Assembly (NCBI GenBank): GCA_038884975.1
Contig: JAWAAW010000003.1
Coordinates: 19,502-83,501, forward strand
Direction: 5' to 3'
Length of the DNA: 64,000 bases
Source: Candidatus Woesearchaeota archaeon
GTDB lineage: Archaea > Nanobdellota > Nanobdellia > Woesearchaeales > ARS49
The translations under genes were made by a program, and so were the position numbers. Of the stretch, positions 56,136-64,000 are shown piece by piece (position 1 is the first letter of the stretch; every line of letters starts with the position of its first letter). The notes beneath the pieces are model-generated. The model was not told where the DNA came from, did not search any database, and worked only from the letters and a program-made list of their open reading frames with translations.

Positions 56136-56651
56136 ATGGCTAAAATAACACTCCAAACAATTGCACAACAAGTTTCAAAATGCAGACTATGCCCCTTGTA
56201 CAAAAAAGCCAACAAAGGCGTGCCGGGAGAAGGACCTGCCAACGCAAGAATTTTTATGGTTGGACAAGCACCGGGCAGGGAAGAAGACAAGACAGGAAAG
56301 CCCTTTGTGGGAAGAGCTGGAAAATTCCTGACAGAACAGCTTAAAAGCATTGGAATAAGCCGCAAGAATGTATTCATCACGTCTGTTGTCAAGCATTTTC
56401 CGCCAGCAAACAGGATGCCCACAAAGGCTGAAGTAGCGGCCTGCCTTCCCTATTTACTTGAACAAATAGAAATAGTTAATCCTGAAATTGTTGTGCTGAT
56501 GGGAAAGCTCGCCATGAAAATCAGGAACGAACCAGTGCTTTATGGACGAAAAATTATTGTTCTTCCACATCCTGCTGCAGCAATGAGGTTTCCGAGAATC
56601 AGAAAACAATTCAAAAAACAAATAATTCCTTTAAAATATATTTTGCATTAG
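56136..56651 (+). CDS. udg: Uracil-DNA glycosylase, family 4 (UDGa-type)
   Basis: CRLCPLY...VPGEGPANARIFMVGQAPGREEDKTGKPFVGRAGKFL are family-4 UDG motifs including the Fe-S Cys ligands. The start is set at M52 of the ORF-track ORF to avoid an antisense overlap. Confidence 0.85.
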   Translation: MAKITLQTIAQQVSKCRLCPLYKKANKGVPGEGPANARIFMVGQAPGREEDKTGKPFVGRAGKFLTEQLKSIGISRKNVFITSVVKHFPPANRMPTKAEVAACLPYLLEQIEIVNPEIVVLMGKLAMKIRNEPVLYGRKIIVLPHPAAAMRFPRIRKQFKKQIIPLKYILH

Positions 56652-56791
56652 CAGATGTTCTGTTTATGATGATTATAATATTCTTCAAAATATATTCACA
56701 AGTCTATTATCTTTAGTTTATTATGAAGTGAATCCTCTATCCAAAATCAAAAACAAACATTAATAAATATAAATAGTTCAAAAGCAATGGC

Positions 56792-57256
56792 ATGACGCGG
56801 GGAGAGTTTGAAAAAGAATTAGAACAATACATAAGCCAAAGACGCAGGTCAAAATTCAGCTTTCCTGATATCTTTGGAACATTCAAGAGGAAGAAAAAAA
56901 TGCCAGAACCAGAACTGCCACCTGAAATCCAGAAATACGAAGAAGGAAGCCCTGCAGAACCACTTGAAACAATGCCTGGCGAGGAATCCCATGAAGAAGC
57001 AAAAAAAGGAGTAATGACCAAGATCCTTGAGACATTAGGACTTGTCTGCAGCAAGAAAAGGGAAGAAGAGATTCCTGCAGAAGAAGTCCAGAAAATGCTT
57101 GCAAAAGACGAACTGACGCAAGACATGAAGGAGATAGCAAAGATTGCACTTCTCGTCACAAAAAAACTGCCTCCTGAACAGCTTTCTGAATTCAAGGCCT
57201 CGCCTGAGTTTGAAAGGCTGAAAGAACTTCTCAGGAAGCACCAGCTGATAAAGTAA
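56792..57256 (+). CDS. Hypothetical acidic protein
   Basis: 154 aa, Glu/Lys-rich, no recognisable motif. AT-rich promoter region upstream. Confidence 0.45.
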   Translation: MTRGEFEKELEQYISQRRRSKFSFPDIFGTFKRKKKMPEPELPPEIQKYEEGSPAEPLETMPGEESHEEAKKGVMTKILETLGLVCSKKREEEIPAEEVQKMLAKDELTQDMKEIAKIALLVTKKLPPEQLSEFKASPEFERLKELLRKHQLIK

Positions 57257-58061
57257 GCTGACTGTACTCATCAAGGAACTTTCTCGCGAGTGCATAATCA
57301 TGAACGATTAAAACATTCTCGTCATTGCGCTCATTGCCATTCCTTGTCGGGTTGTAAGAGCCAGTAATAATTGTTTTGTCGTCGATAACGAATACTTTGT
57401 GATGAATGCTTCCAATAGCTGCAAAAGGAAGTTGCTTGAGGGCTTCCTTTTCTGACTTGTCAATAATACCCTCCACCTTTATGTCAGTCCTCTTGAGCTG
57501 CCTGAGAAAGTCCTCATCAGTAATGTCAGCAAGCATAAATGTAATGCCTTGTTTGGCGCCTTCAAGATATGGAAGAATGCGCTCCTTGCACCTGTCTTCT
57601 GGGCAGAAATAATTTTCTATCAGTAGGTTATTGTATGAGATTTTAGGATAAATAACGTGTTTTCTACCGCCAGGAAGCTCAGCATACTCGTCAAGATAAT
57701 TCCTTGCCAGCGAAGGGGAATGTATTATTACTGCATTGTTAGCCTTGTAAGTTCTTGTCGGGTTCCACGAGCCAGTCCAGACAACACTATTGTTTATAAT
57801 GCAGAACTTGTTATGCATCAGAGGGCCCTTTCCGTCCTCTGTCTTCCACTCAATGTTTTTCAGCGCGTTTTGTATTTCCGGCAAACTCACGTCGTACAAA
57901 GCACATTTTGCGTCAGCCGCATCATTGAGCAGATTTGCAAGCAGTGCAGTGCAATTATCACGCTCGCAAAAATAAGCTTCAATAGGAGGGCCTGTCTCAA
58001 TCGGGATGTTCTTCGCACAGGCAGCAAGAAGGAGCGATAAGACGATAATTGCCCGCCTCAT
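57231..58061 (-). CDS. Phospholipase D-family (HKD) protein, predicted lipoprotein
   Basis: Lipobox LLAAC. Two HKD-like motifs: HNKFCIINNSVVWTGSWNPT (Asp replaced by Asn) and HHKVFVIDDKTIITGSYNPT (canonical HxKx4Dx6GSxN). Confidence 0.7.
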   Translation of the reverse strand: MRRAIIVLSLLLAACAKNIPIETGPPIEAYFCERDNCTALLANLLNDAADAKCALYDVSLPEIQNALKNIEWKTEDGKGPLMHNKFCIINNSVVWTGSWNPTRTYKANNAVIIHSPSLARNYLDEYAELPGGRKHVIYPKISYNNLLIENYFCPEDRCKERILPYLEGAKQGITFMLADITDEDFLRQLKRTDIKVEGIIDKSEKEALKQLPFAAIGSIHHKVFVIDDKTIITGSYNPTRNGNERNDENVLIVHDYALARKFLDEYSQLTLSAGAS

Positions 58062-58564
58062 TGCATTGACCTCTTGCTCTTCTGCAAAGCAAACATTATC
58101 CCGGGATATTTGTCGTCGAGGGACTCAAGGGCTTTTCTCAATGAGGATTTGGGCAGGACGGGTTGTTTTATGCCTTCCAATTCACAATACTTCTCAAGCT
58201 CTTTTGATGTGATATTTGAAAATATGTTAAGGGTTTTGGTTTTCTTTGCTGTTTTGCCCTTGAATAACTGCTCAAGGAATTCAACTGCCTCATCATCAGC
58301 TGTCTTTCCGACGATAACAACCTCTGCTTTTGCCTTTGGAACATATTTCAATGGCAGACCTATGACTGCAGTTTTAAAGAGGGCTGGAAGGGCTCCTTTG
58401 CCGTCTAAGCATACCTTTTGGCCCGGCTTTAGCTCGCCATAACCCCTGATCGCTTTTCTCACCCTGCGTCTCAACAACTGGCTAAAGCAATCTTTGCAAA
58501 GAGGGCGTAAATGAGGAAAAAACACCCTTGCTGGCTTTTTGCAAACGCAGTCCTTATTGTGCAT
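58058..58564 (-). CDS. Hypothetical protein with N-terminal Cys-rich (zinc-ribbon-like) region
   Basis: 168 aa. CVCKK....CKDCF at the N-terminus, then a Lys-rich region. Confidence 0.45.
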   Translation of the reverse strand: MHNKDCVCKKPARVFFPHLRPLCKDCFSQLLRRRVRKAIRGYGELKPGQKVCLDGKGALPALFKTAVIGLPLKYVPKAKAEVVIVGKTADDEAVEFLEQLFKGKTAKKTKTLNIFSNITSKELEKYCELEGIKQPVLPKSSLRKALESLDDKYPGIMFALQKSKRSMQ

Positions 58565-58681
58565 AATATTTATATAGTAGAAAGCCCATTAATAAGGCTA
58601 TTGGGGGTTAGGAAATAGACTGAAAGGGCAAATAGGGGGCTCTGCTCAGACACTGTGATACCACTTCCAAGTAGCATATAA

Positions 58682-58697
58682 ACCGAAAGATTTATAT
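58682..58697 (+). promoter_or_regulatory. Consensus BRE/TATA promoter (CCGAAAGA-TTTATATA) in a long non-coding gap; predicted TSS near 58720
   Basis: Reads accgaaagatttatatact. There is no ATG for about 250 nt downstream on the plus strand. Confidence 0.4.
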
Positions 58698-58768
58698 ACT
58701 ACAATAGGTATATTAGAAGTTATAAGGGGGTAATAGACAAAATATCATACTGCTCAAAAATCATTATC

Positions 58769-58890
58769 TATCACCTCTTTTTCCCGCGCAGGTGCCTTCG
58801 GGCGCCTGCGTGGGTTTAATACTCACACAAAAACAATACCAATCACCTCTTTTTCCCTGGCAAGCGCTCCTCACGGGGCGTTTGCAGGGG
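58769..58890 (+). ncRNA. Two homologous structured elements (ATCACCTCTTTTTCCC + CCC-stem-loop-GGG hairpin), candidate small RNA or cis-regulatory RNA
   Basis: Hairpin 1 is 58782-58813: a 14-bp stem cccgcgcaggtgcc / ggcgcctgcgtggg with a UUCG tetraloop. Hairpin 2 is 58859-58884: caagcgctcc / ggggcgtttg with loop tcac. The stems differ but keep their pairing through compensatory changes. Both are preceded by the same 16-mer. Confidence 0.3.
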
Positions 58891-59139
58891 TTTGTCAGCC
58901 CTTAGCGGCAGCACTCGCCACTGGACATAGTTGCGCAGGGATTTAAAAGGTGGAGTTTCTTGGGTATTGCATGGCTAAGAATTATTCTGCAGCAAAGTGG
59001 CAAATAACAGTACAGGAATTGCGCAACCCAAAAGGGCAGCTTGTCATAAAGGTGACACGGCGCATTCCAGAACTTCATGTGTCAGAAACAAGGTTTTTCA
59101 TGTCAAGAAAAAAAAGCAGAGGAGAAAATAAGGGAATGG

Positions 59140-59445
59140 CTACTCTAAAACCTCGGCCTTTGACCTCAAAGACAACACAAGCTCTGGTTGCTGGAACCTG
59201 TAAATGTCAGGCACATTCATTGAGAGAAGGCGCTTGCGCAGGCATTCCTTTGGGAACCTTTTCAGGAGCTCCCTGCGTTGCTCATCATCCATTGCCACAA
59301 TCAGGTCAGCCCAATCAAGGTCCTTTGCAGAAACAGGATGCTCGCTGTATAGTCCTGCATAGCGGGTCTCAAACCTGTCCCTGAACAGCTCTGCCGCAGT
59401 CCTGCTGCGGTTCATTCCCTGATTACACACAAACAAAACCTTCAT
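59140..59445 (-). CDS. Low-molecular-weight phosphatase family protein (LMW-PTP/ArsC-like), short form
   Basis: MKVLFVCNQGMNRSRTAAELF has the CX5R P-loop at the N-terminus. About 101 aa from the ATG at 59445. The longer ORF-track version starts at a GTG with an implausible N-terminus. Confidence 0.45.
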   Translation of the reverse strand: MKVLFVCNQGMNRSRTAAELFRDRFETRYAGLYSEHPVSAKDLDWADLIVAMDDEQRRELLKRFPKECLRKRLLSMNVPDIYRFQQPELVLSLRSKAEVLE

Positions 59446-59491
59446 GCCAATAACAATGCTGTCAGTGAATAAAAATCTTGCGGAGGAATAA

Positions 59492-60589
59492 ATGCAGCAA
59501 ACAGGTCTGGTATCGCTGCCATTGCACGGCGGAAAATGCCCAAGATGGCTTTTTCCAAGAATGATAAAATTGTCAAAGGAAATAGCAACGCTAATTATTA
59601 ATGAGTACGGCACTGCTGAATTTCTACAGAGGATAAGCGACCCTTTCTTTTTTCAGTCATTGAGCTGCGTGATTGGCTTTGACTGGCACAGCTCAGGAGT
59701 CACAACAACAACCTGCGGGGCACTAAAGGAAGCATTGTCAGCAGAAGAACACGGCATAATCGTGTGCGGAGGAAAAGGAAGAATGTCAAGAAAGGTACCT
59801 GACGAAATAATTGCAGGAGCATACAAGTTCAACCTGCAGACGCGGATAACAAACAATCTTGTCAGGGCAAGCAAAATGTCAGCAAAAGTTGATACTGCCT
59901 TAGTGCAGGACGGCTACCAGCTCTACCACCACACATTCTTTATTGACGAAAAAGGAAACTGGGCAGTAGTCCAGCAAGGAATGAATGACGGCAACGGCTA
60001 CGCAAGACGATATCACTGGCTTTCTGACAATGTGCACAGCTTTGTTGAAGAACCACATTCTGCCATTTGCTGTGACGCCCGCACAGAAAACACCCTGAAC
60101 ATGACTGCAAAAGAGGCATTCCAGGCAAGAAAGGCAAGCATTGATGCAGTAAAAGATGGTATTTTGTTGAGAAGGCAAAGCACCCTGTCTGAATTTTTCG
60201 GGAAAACCCGCAAAATAGCAATGCCCAGCCGTCATGCCTTGCATTTTGAAGACCTTTCAGCACAATCACAGAACGCCTTGAGGAGGGCTTATGACTTACA
60301 GCCAAAAAATTACGAAGAGCTTGTTGCACTGCAAGGAATCGGTCCAAAGACAATAAGGGCGCTTGCTCTTGTTTCTGAACTGGTATACGGCGCTCCTGCA
60401 TCGTGGAAAGACCCTGCAAAATACTCGTTCGCGCACGGAGGAAAAGACGGATGGCCTTACAGGATAAACCAGCAGCAGTATGACAAAACAATTGAAATAC
60501 TCAAGGGAGCAATAGCTGATGCAAGATTAGGTGAGAAAGAAAAGGCAGGCGCAATAAGAAGGCTAAGCGCATTTATTAGAACTGATTAA
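59492..60589 (+). CDS. Conserved hypothetical protein with helix-hairpin-helix motif
   Basis: 365 aa. FDWHSSGVTTT block and LVALQGIGPKTIRALALVSELVYG HhH motif near the C-terminus. Family not assigned. Confidence 0.55.
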   Translation: MQQTGLVSLPLHGGKCPRWLFPRMIKLSKEIATLIINEYGTAEFLQRISDPFFFQSLSCVIGFDWHSSGVTTTTCGALKEALSAEEHGIIVCGGKGRMSRKVPDEIIAGAYKFNLQTRITNNLVRASKMSAKVDTALVQDGYQLYHHTFFIDEKGNWAVVQQGMNDGNGYARRYHWLSDNVHSFVEEPHSAICCDARTENTLNMTAKEAFQARKASIDAVKDGILLRRQSTLSEFFGKTRKIAMPSRHALHFEDLSAQSQNALRRAYDLQPKNYEELVALQGIGPKTIRALALVSELVYGAPASWKDPAKYSFAHGGKDGWPYRINQQQYDKTIEILKGAIADARLGEKEKAGAIRRLSAFIRTD

Positions 60590-60942
60590 TCATCAGATTC
60601 CAAGTGCGCCTTATGCACGTAATATGACACAACGTCTGTAAGCGGGTATATTCTCTTGCTGATTTCATCGTGAAGAATGTCAGAAAAAGCCTGCTTGCTC
60701 TTTGTTCTTGTATTTATCCAAACCCGCGACTTATTAAACCTGTCATAAATAAGAATGCTAAAACCACGGCGAATGACATCAACTCTTTCTTGTATTACTG
60801 TATTCTGAACAATCCCCTCAAGAGGGGTGCCTTCCTGGCCAGAGCAGGAAAGGACATCAGCAAGTTCTGCCAATTCCTCACCGTCAAGCTCTTCAATAAA
60901 TCCCTTGTAGTCATTATCAATATAAGCCATTTGCGAAACCAA
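60586..60942 (-). CDS. Hypothetical protein
   Basis: 118 aa, soluble, acidic N-terminus. 4-nt overlap with the convergent upstream gene. Confidence 0.4.
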   Translation of the reverse strand: MVSQMAYIDNDYKGFIEELDGEELAELADVLSCSGQEGTPLEGIVQNTVIQERVDVIRRGFSILIYDRFNKSRVWINTRTKSKQAFSDILHDEISKRIYPLTDVVSYYVHKAHLESDD

Positions 60943-60972
60943 TGCGTGCCTTAAATAAAAACCTTGTCATCT

Positions 60973-62745
60973 TCAGCGGTTTCTTTGCCTCTTCCTGCCC
61001 ATTCGCCCTATCGCGTCCTGTAACGCATCTGCAAACATTGAAATGATTATTCCGAGAATGATGCCGCCAATAATCCAGAGCGTGTGGGGTTCAATGCGCT
61101 GCCAAAGAGTGATTTTGTTTGGCTTTTTGTGACCAAAATAAATGTCAAGGTTTGAGAACTCAAGAGCATATTCTGCAAACAACAAGGAAGAGTATTTGTC
61201 GATGTGCTTCAACGAGCCCGCGTATTCGTAATAACTGTAGCCGATTATTGGAAAAATGCCTTTTTGCTGGCTCCTTATGATTGCGTTACGCACAATGCCA
61301 AGCTTTAAGTCAATAAGTCCGTCAATCCTGGACGGTTCAACACCAATAACGCCAAGTATTACATCTGCCTCTGCCTTTGACTTGGACGCCTTGTACAAAC
61401 AAAGCGTATAATTGCCAGAAGAAAGGTCTGCATGCGCCTTTTCAAGCTCAGCTCTGGACTCAGCGAGAGAATCAGGAAGAAGAGAACGAACATAACTTAT
61501 GCGCTCCTCTGCCTCTGAAATCTTTGAAATGCACGCATCACGCAGACCTGACCTGTCAACAATTGCTGTAGTGTCGTTGTTGTCAAAAAATCTTGCCCAG
61601 GTCTTTGCAGAAAACAACCTTTCCTCTGCATAAGCAATGCCGGCAACAAGATTTTCAGTGTCTGTCTTGTTCTTCACAACGTCCTCAATAACGCTTTCTG
61701 CCTCTGAAATCCTTTCCTTCACTGCCATATATGTCTGAAGGTCAGTAAGGCTCGTGATGTTTCTTGCATCAATTGCAGAAGAATAACTTCCAATCCTTTC
61801 CTTAAGCTCACGCAATGCCTTCGCAATGCCTTCAGTCGTCCAGTTTCTTTGCAACGCCCATGCCTGCTTGAGCCCAACATTTGTCCTGAAACAGAAAGAA
61901 GCAGAAGCATAATACTGGCTTGCGTTAAAGACATCCTTTGCCCTCGTGCTCATATTCAGTGCCGCAAGCTCAATCTCTGTTGTGTTTTTTCCTGACCTGT
62001 GGCTTTCAAGCGAAACATTGATTTTTTGGGTGCGGTTGCAAAGGTCAATGGCAATCTGGCGCATTGTTTCTTCATAACCCTTCTCTATAGAGAACTCGGA
62101 TTTTGCCCTTGAAAAATTCCTGCCTGTGTATTCTTCCAGCGCGTCAATAATTGTTGAGACCTCTACGACTTCAATGCCAAGGACCTTGCCATAAGCAATG
62201 AGGTCTATGGTGGTGTTTGTCGTGCTGTCAGTCAGGTTTGCAGTCCCGCCAGGTATCAGCACCCTTGAAAGTCCTGCTTCTGCAGCAGCACCTATCTTTT
62301 CCTTTAGCCCACCAACAGGACCAATGATTCCACCAGAGTTTATCGTGCCCGTGATTGCGGTGTCATTCCGCAACTCAAGCCCTGCAATCAGTGACGCCAC
62401 AAGAATGCCTGCTGCTGAGCCAGCGCTTGGGCCTCCAACAATACTTGGCAAGGCCTTTATCGTGAAATAAAAGTCCTTGTCAGAGCAGTCAATGTCAAGC
62501 TCCCTGCACGCAACCTGCTGGGCAAACCGCATTGAAATCTGGGTTGTTATCTTGGTGAGCGGAAAAGTCTCAAGATAAACCCTGTTACTGCCAGATTCAA
62601 CCCTTAAATCAAGGTCCGCAACAGCACCTGACTCCTTGCCGCTGCTGTCCTCCGCAAGCGCAAGAAGCTTGATTGAGCCGGACTGGGCAAAAACAGAAGA
62701 AGCAAGAAGCGCAATTACTGTAATCCACGCGAGCAGTTTCATTGG
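60973..62745 (-). CDS. Secreted/membrane-anchored Lon-like S16 serine peptidase without AAA+ domain
   Basis: Signal peptide MKLLAWITVIALLASSVFA (M35 start). Lon proteolytic-domain motifs DGPSAGSAAG (Ser) and GGLKEKIGAA (Lys dyad). No Walker A/B. An approximately 350-aa helical region follows. C-terminal TM IIGGIILGIIISMF plus a basic tail. Confidence 0.7.
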   Translation of the reverse strand, partial: PMKLLAWITVIALLASSVFAQSGSIKLLALAEDSSGKESGAVADLDLRVESGSNRVYLETFPLTKITTQISMRFAQQVACRELDIDCSDKDFYFTIKALPSIVGGPSAGSAAGILVASLIAGLELRNDTAITGTINSGGIIGPVGGLKEKIGAAAEAGLSRVLIPGGTANLTDSTTNTTIDLIAYGKVLGIEVVEVSTIIDALEEYTGRNFSRAKSEFSIEKGYEETMRQIAIDLCNRTQKINVSLESHRSGKNTTEIELAALNMSTRAKDVFNASQYYASASFCFRTNVGLKQAWALQRNWTTEGIAKALRELKERIGSYSSAIDARNITSLTDLQTYMAVKERISEAESVIEDVVKNKTDTENLVAGIAYAEERLFSAKTWARFFDNNDTTAIVDRSGLRDACISKISEAEERISYVRSLLPDSLAESRAELEKAHADLSSGNYTLCLYKASKSKAEADVILGVIGVEPSRIDGLIDLKLGIVRNAIIRSQQKGIFPIIGYSYYEYAGSLKHIDKYSSLLFAEYALEFSNLDIYFGHKKPNKITLWQRIEPHTLWIIGGIILGIIISMFADALQDAIGRMGRKRQRNR

Positions 62746-62966
62746 GGCAGAGACAAGGCAGGTGCTTATAAGGATTTGCAAGAAAGCAGCATTAAGAGAA
62801 GCAAACTCCAAATAACGCGCCTTCGGCGAGAGACACTCCTCACTCATGCAAACCGAACTCCGTTCAGGTTTGCGAGTTCGGAGGAGATAATAGGGGAAGA
62901 ATTTCCATTATTATTGGTAACGCGACTGTAAAGCGCCCGTTATTCACTAATTTATCTGATGCAGAA

Positions 62967-64000
62967 TTATTTTGATTTTTTCTTAGGCTTCCTTTGCTTT
63001 ACCTGCTTTGCCTTCTTTTTCAGGGTTTTGCCAGGCGCTTCCTTTTCTTCCTTTTTTGGCCTTTCTATGTAACGACACTTCGGAAACTTGTTGCACGCAA
63101 TGAACTGGCCGTAAACAGACTTCCTGAGGACAAGCTCGCCTTCCCTGCACTTGGGGCACTTTTTGCCTTCCTCGAAATGTATCTTCTTTGAAGGGCAGTC
63201 AGGATTTATGCAGACCTGTTGCGGCCTTTTTGCCTTGCGAATCATTGTAATCATGGGATAACCGCAGTGCTGGCACACATCCTTGCTCACCTCAACAAGA
63301 CCGGACAATGGCAACTTAAATGTTGTCTTGCATTCAGGATACTTGTTACACGCAGCAAACCTTCCAAACTTGCCCTTTCTCAGCACTATTTCGCCTTTCT
63401 TACAAACAGGGCAGGGCCCTACTGTTGTCATTGCAGCCCTTGTTTCTGTAAAAGTGGTCTTGAGGTCATTGCCAACCTGCTTTTCTTTCTTCTTGAAGTC
63501 ACCAAGAATCTCAACAAGAACAACCTTTGCTTCTGACAATACCTCCTCCTTTTTCTTCTTGCGCTCCCTTATTGAATCCATCTCAAACTCAAAATGCCTT
63601 GTCAGCTCCTCGTCAATGATTTTCGGCGCGTGCTTTTCAAGAACTTCAATAACCCGTATGCCAAAATCAGTCGCAGTTATGGGCTCGCCTGTGACATAAT
63701 TGCGCTTGAACAACGTGTCAATGATTTCAGCCCTTGTTGCCTTTGTGCCAAGGTTGCGCTTTTCAAGCTCCCGAATTATGGAAGAAGGCGTGTACCTCTT
63801 TGGCGGCTGTGTTTCACGGTCATGCAACTGCATCTTCTTTACCTTAACCCTGTCATTTTCATTAACATTAGGAAGCTCAACCTCCTCAAGCCTGACATAC
63901 GGCTCGTAAAGAACGTGCCAGTTCTTCTCAACAGTCCTTGTTCCCTCTGCAGTGAAGGGCTCATTGTTTACCTCAATGATTATGTTCATTGTTTCCCTTA
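62967..64000 (-). CDS. topA: DNA topoisomerase IA, C-terminal part (gene continues past the window end)
   Basis: TQPPKRYTPSSIIRELEKRNLGTKATRAEIIDTLFKRNYV is the conserved Topo IA block. Three C4 zinc ribbons (CPVC..CNKYPEC, CQHC..CINPDC, CPKC..CNKFPKC). Lys-rich C-terminal tail. The N-terminal catalytic region lies beyond 64000. Confidence 0.85.
   Translation of the reverse strand, partial: RETMNIIIEVNNEPFTAEGTRTVEKNWHVLYEPYVRLEEVELPNVNENDRVKVKKMQLHDRETQPPKRYTPSSIIRELEKRNLGTKATRAEIIDTLFKRNYVTGEPITATDFGIRVIEVLEKHAPKIIDEELTRHFEFEMDSIRERKKKKEEVLSEAKVVLVEILGDFKKKEKQVGNDLKTTFTETRAAMTTVGPCPVCKKGEIVLRKGKFGRFAACNKYPECKTTFKLPLSGLVEVSKDVCQHCGYPMITMIRKAKRPQQVCINPDCPSKKIHFEEGKKCPKCREGELVLRKSVYGQFIACNKFPKCRYIERPKKEEKEAPGKTLKKKAKQVKQRKPKKKSK

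Noticed and set aside
58769-58856. Two copies of a 16-nt direct repeat (ATCACCTCTTTTTCCC) separated by about 56 nt, considered as a mini CRISPR array
   Set aside because: There are only two copies. The intervening sequence is itself a structured hairpin homologous to the one after the second repeat. No cas genes or leader are present. It looks like a duplicated RNA or regulatory unit, not CRISPR.
58950-59384. 144-aa plus-strand ORF (MEFLGYCMAKNYSAAKW...) in the ORF track
   Set aside because: It starts at a GTG inside an SD-like run. It then runs antisense through the LMW-phosphatase-like gene with low-complexity, Gln/Pro/Cys-rich composition in its second half. It is more likely a shadow ORF over a non-coding or antisense region. 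A short real peptide in its first roughly 60 codons cannot be excluded.
59140-59613. Longer 157-aa version of the phosphatase-like gene
   Set aside because: The extended N-terminus begins at a GTG, is hydrophobic and unconserved in appearance, and lacks an SD sequence. The internal ATG giving MKVLFVCNQGMNRS (CX5R at the N-terminus) fits the LMW-PTP/ArsC family layout, although the resulting protein is unusually short.

Overview
This 64-kb window looks archaeal. CGAAAG-type BRE plus TTTATAAA/TTTATATA TATA boxes sit about 26 nt upstream of several start codons, as expected for leaderless mRNAs. It also has an AglB/STT3 oligosaccharyltransferase, a geranylgeranyl reductase, and a tRNA-Trp with no encoded CCA. 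Some content is bacterial-like (lipobox lipoproteins, an ADP-heptose pathway), so the domain call is not certain.

About 41 kb (0.4-42.9 kb) is one cell-surface glycosylation island. It is built from two long minus-strand gene arrays, 25.0 to 8.8 kb and 41.7 to 26.9 kb, with overlapping or near-zero gaps. Together they hold: (1) eight GT2 genes resembling polyprenyl/dolichyl-phosphate sugar synthases (DPM1/GtrB/ArnC-like); (2) eight large polytopic GT-C-like membrane proteins; (3) three GT9 ADP-heptose heptosyltransferase homologues plus GmhA, an HldA-like heptose-7-P kinase and an HldC-like adenylyltransferase; (4) four NAD-dependent epimerase/dehydratases; (5) three SAM methyltransferases; (6) an AsnB-type amidotransferase; (7) a Wzx-like flippase; (8) an FAD oxidoreductase; (9) at the head of the second array, a 1141-aa AglB oligosaccharyltransferase with an N-terminal tandem-repeat extension and a C-terminal FKBP-type PPIase domain.

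A tandemly duplicated module of GT-C + small 4-TM protein + GT2 is visible at 26.9-32.2 kb.

Downstream are five secreted or surface-protein genes, two of them strongly repeat-containing, then tRNA-Trp (CCA). A minus-strand repair-type cluster follows (NUDIX, PolX-PHP, DUF192), with a family-4 UDG further along. After that come two tandem paralogous lipoproteins, an RHH protein, a PLD-family lipoprotein, and a 575-bp non-coding gap with a consensus promoter and two homologous CCC-stem-GGG hairpins. The window ends with a secreted Lon-like (S16) peptidase lacking an ATPase domain and the 3' part of a topoisomerase IA gene.

No transposase, integrase, CRISPR array or rRNA was seen.
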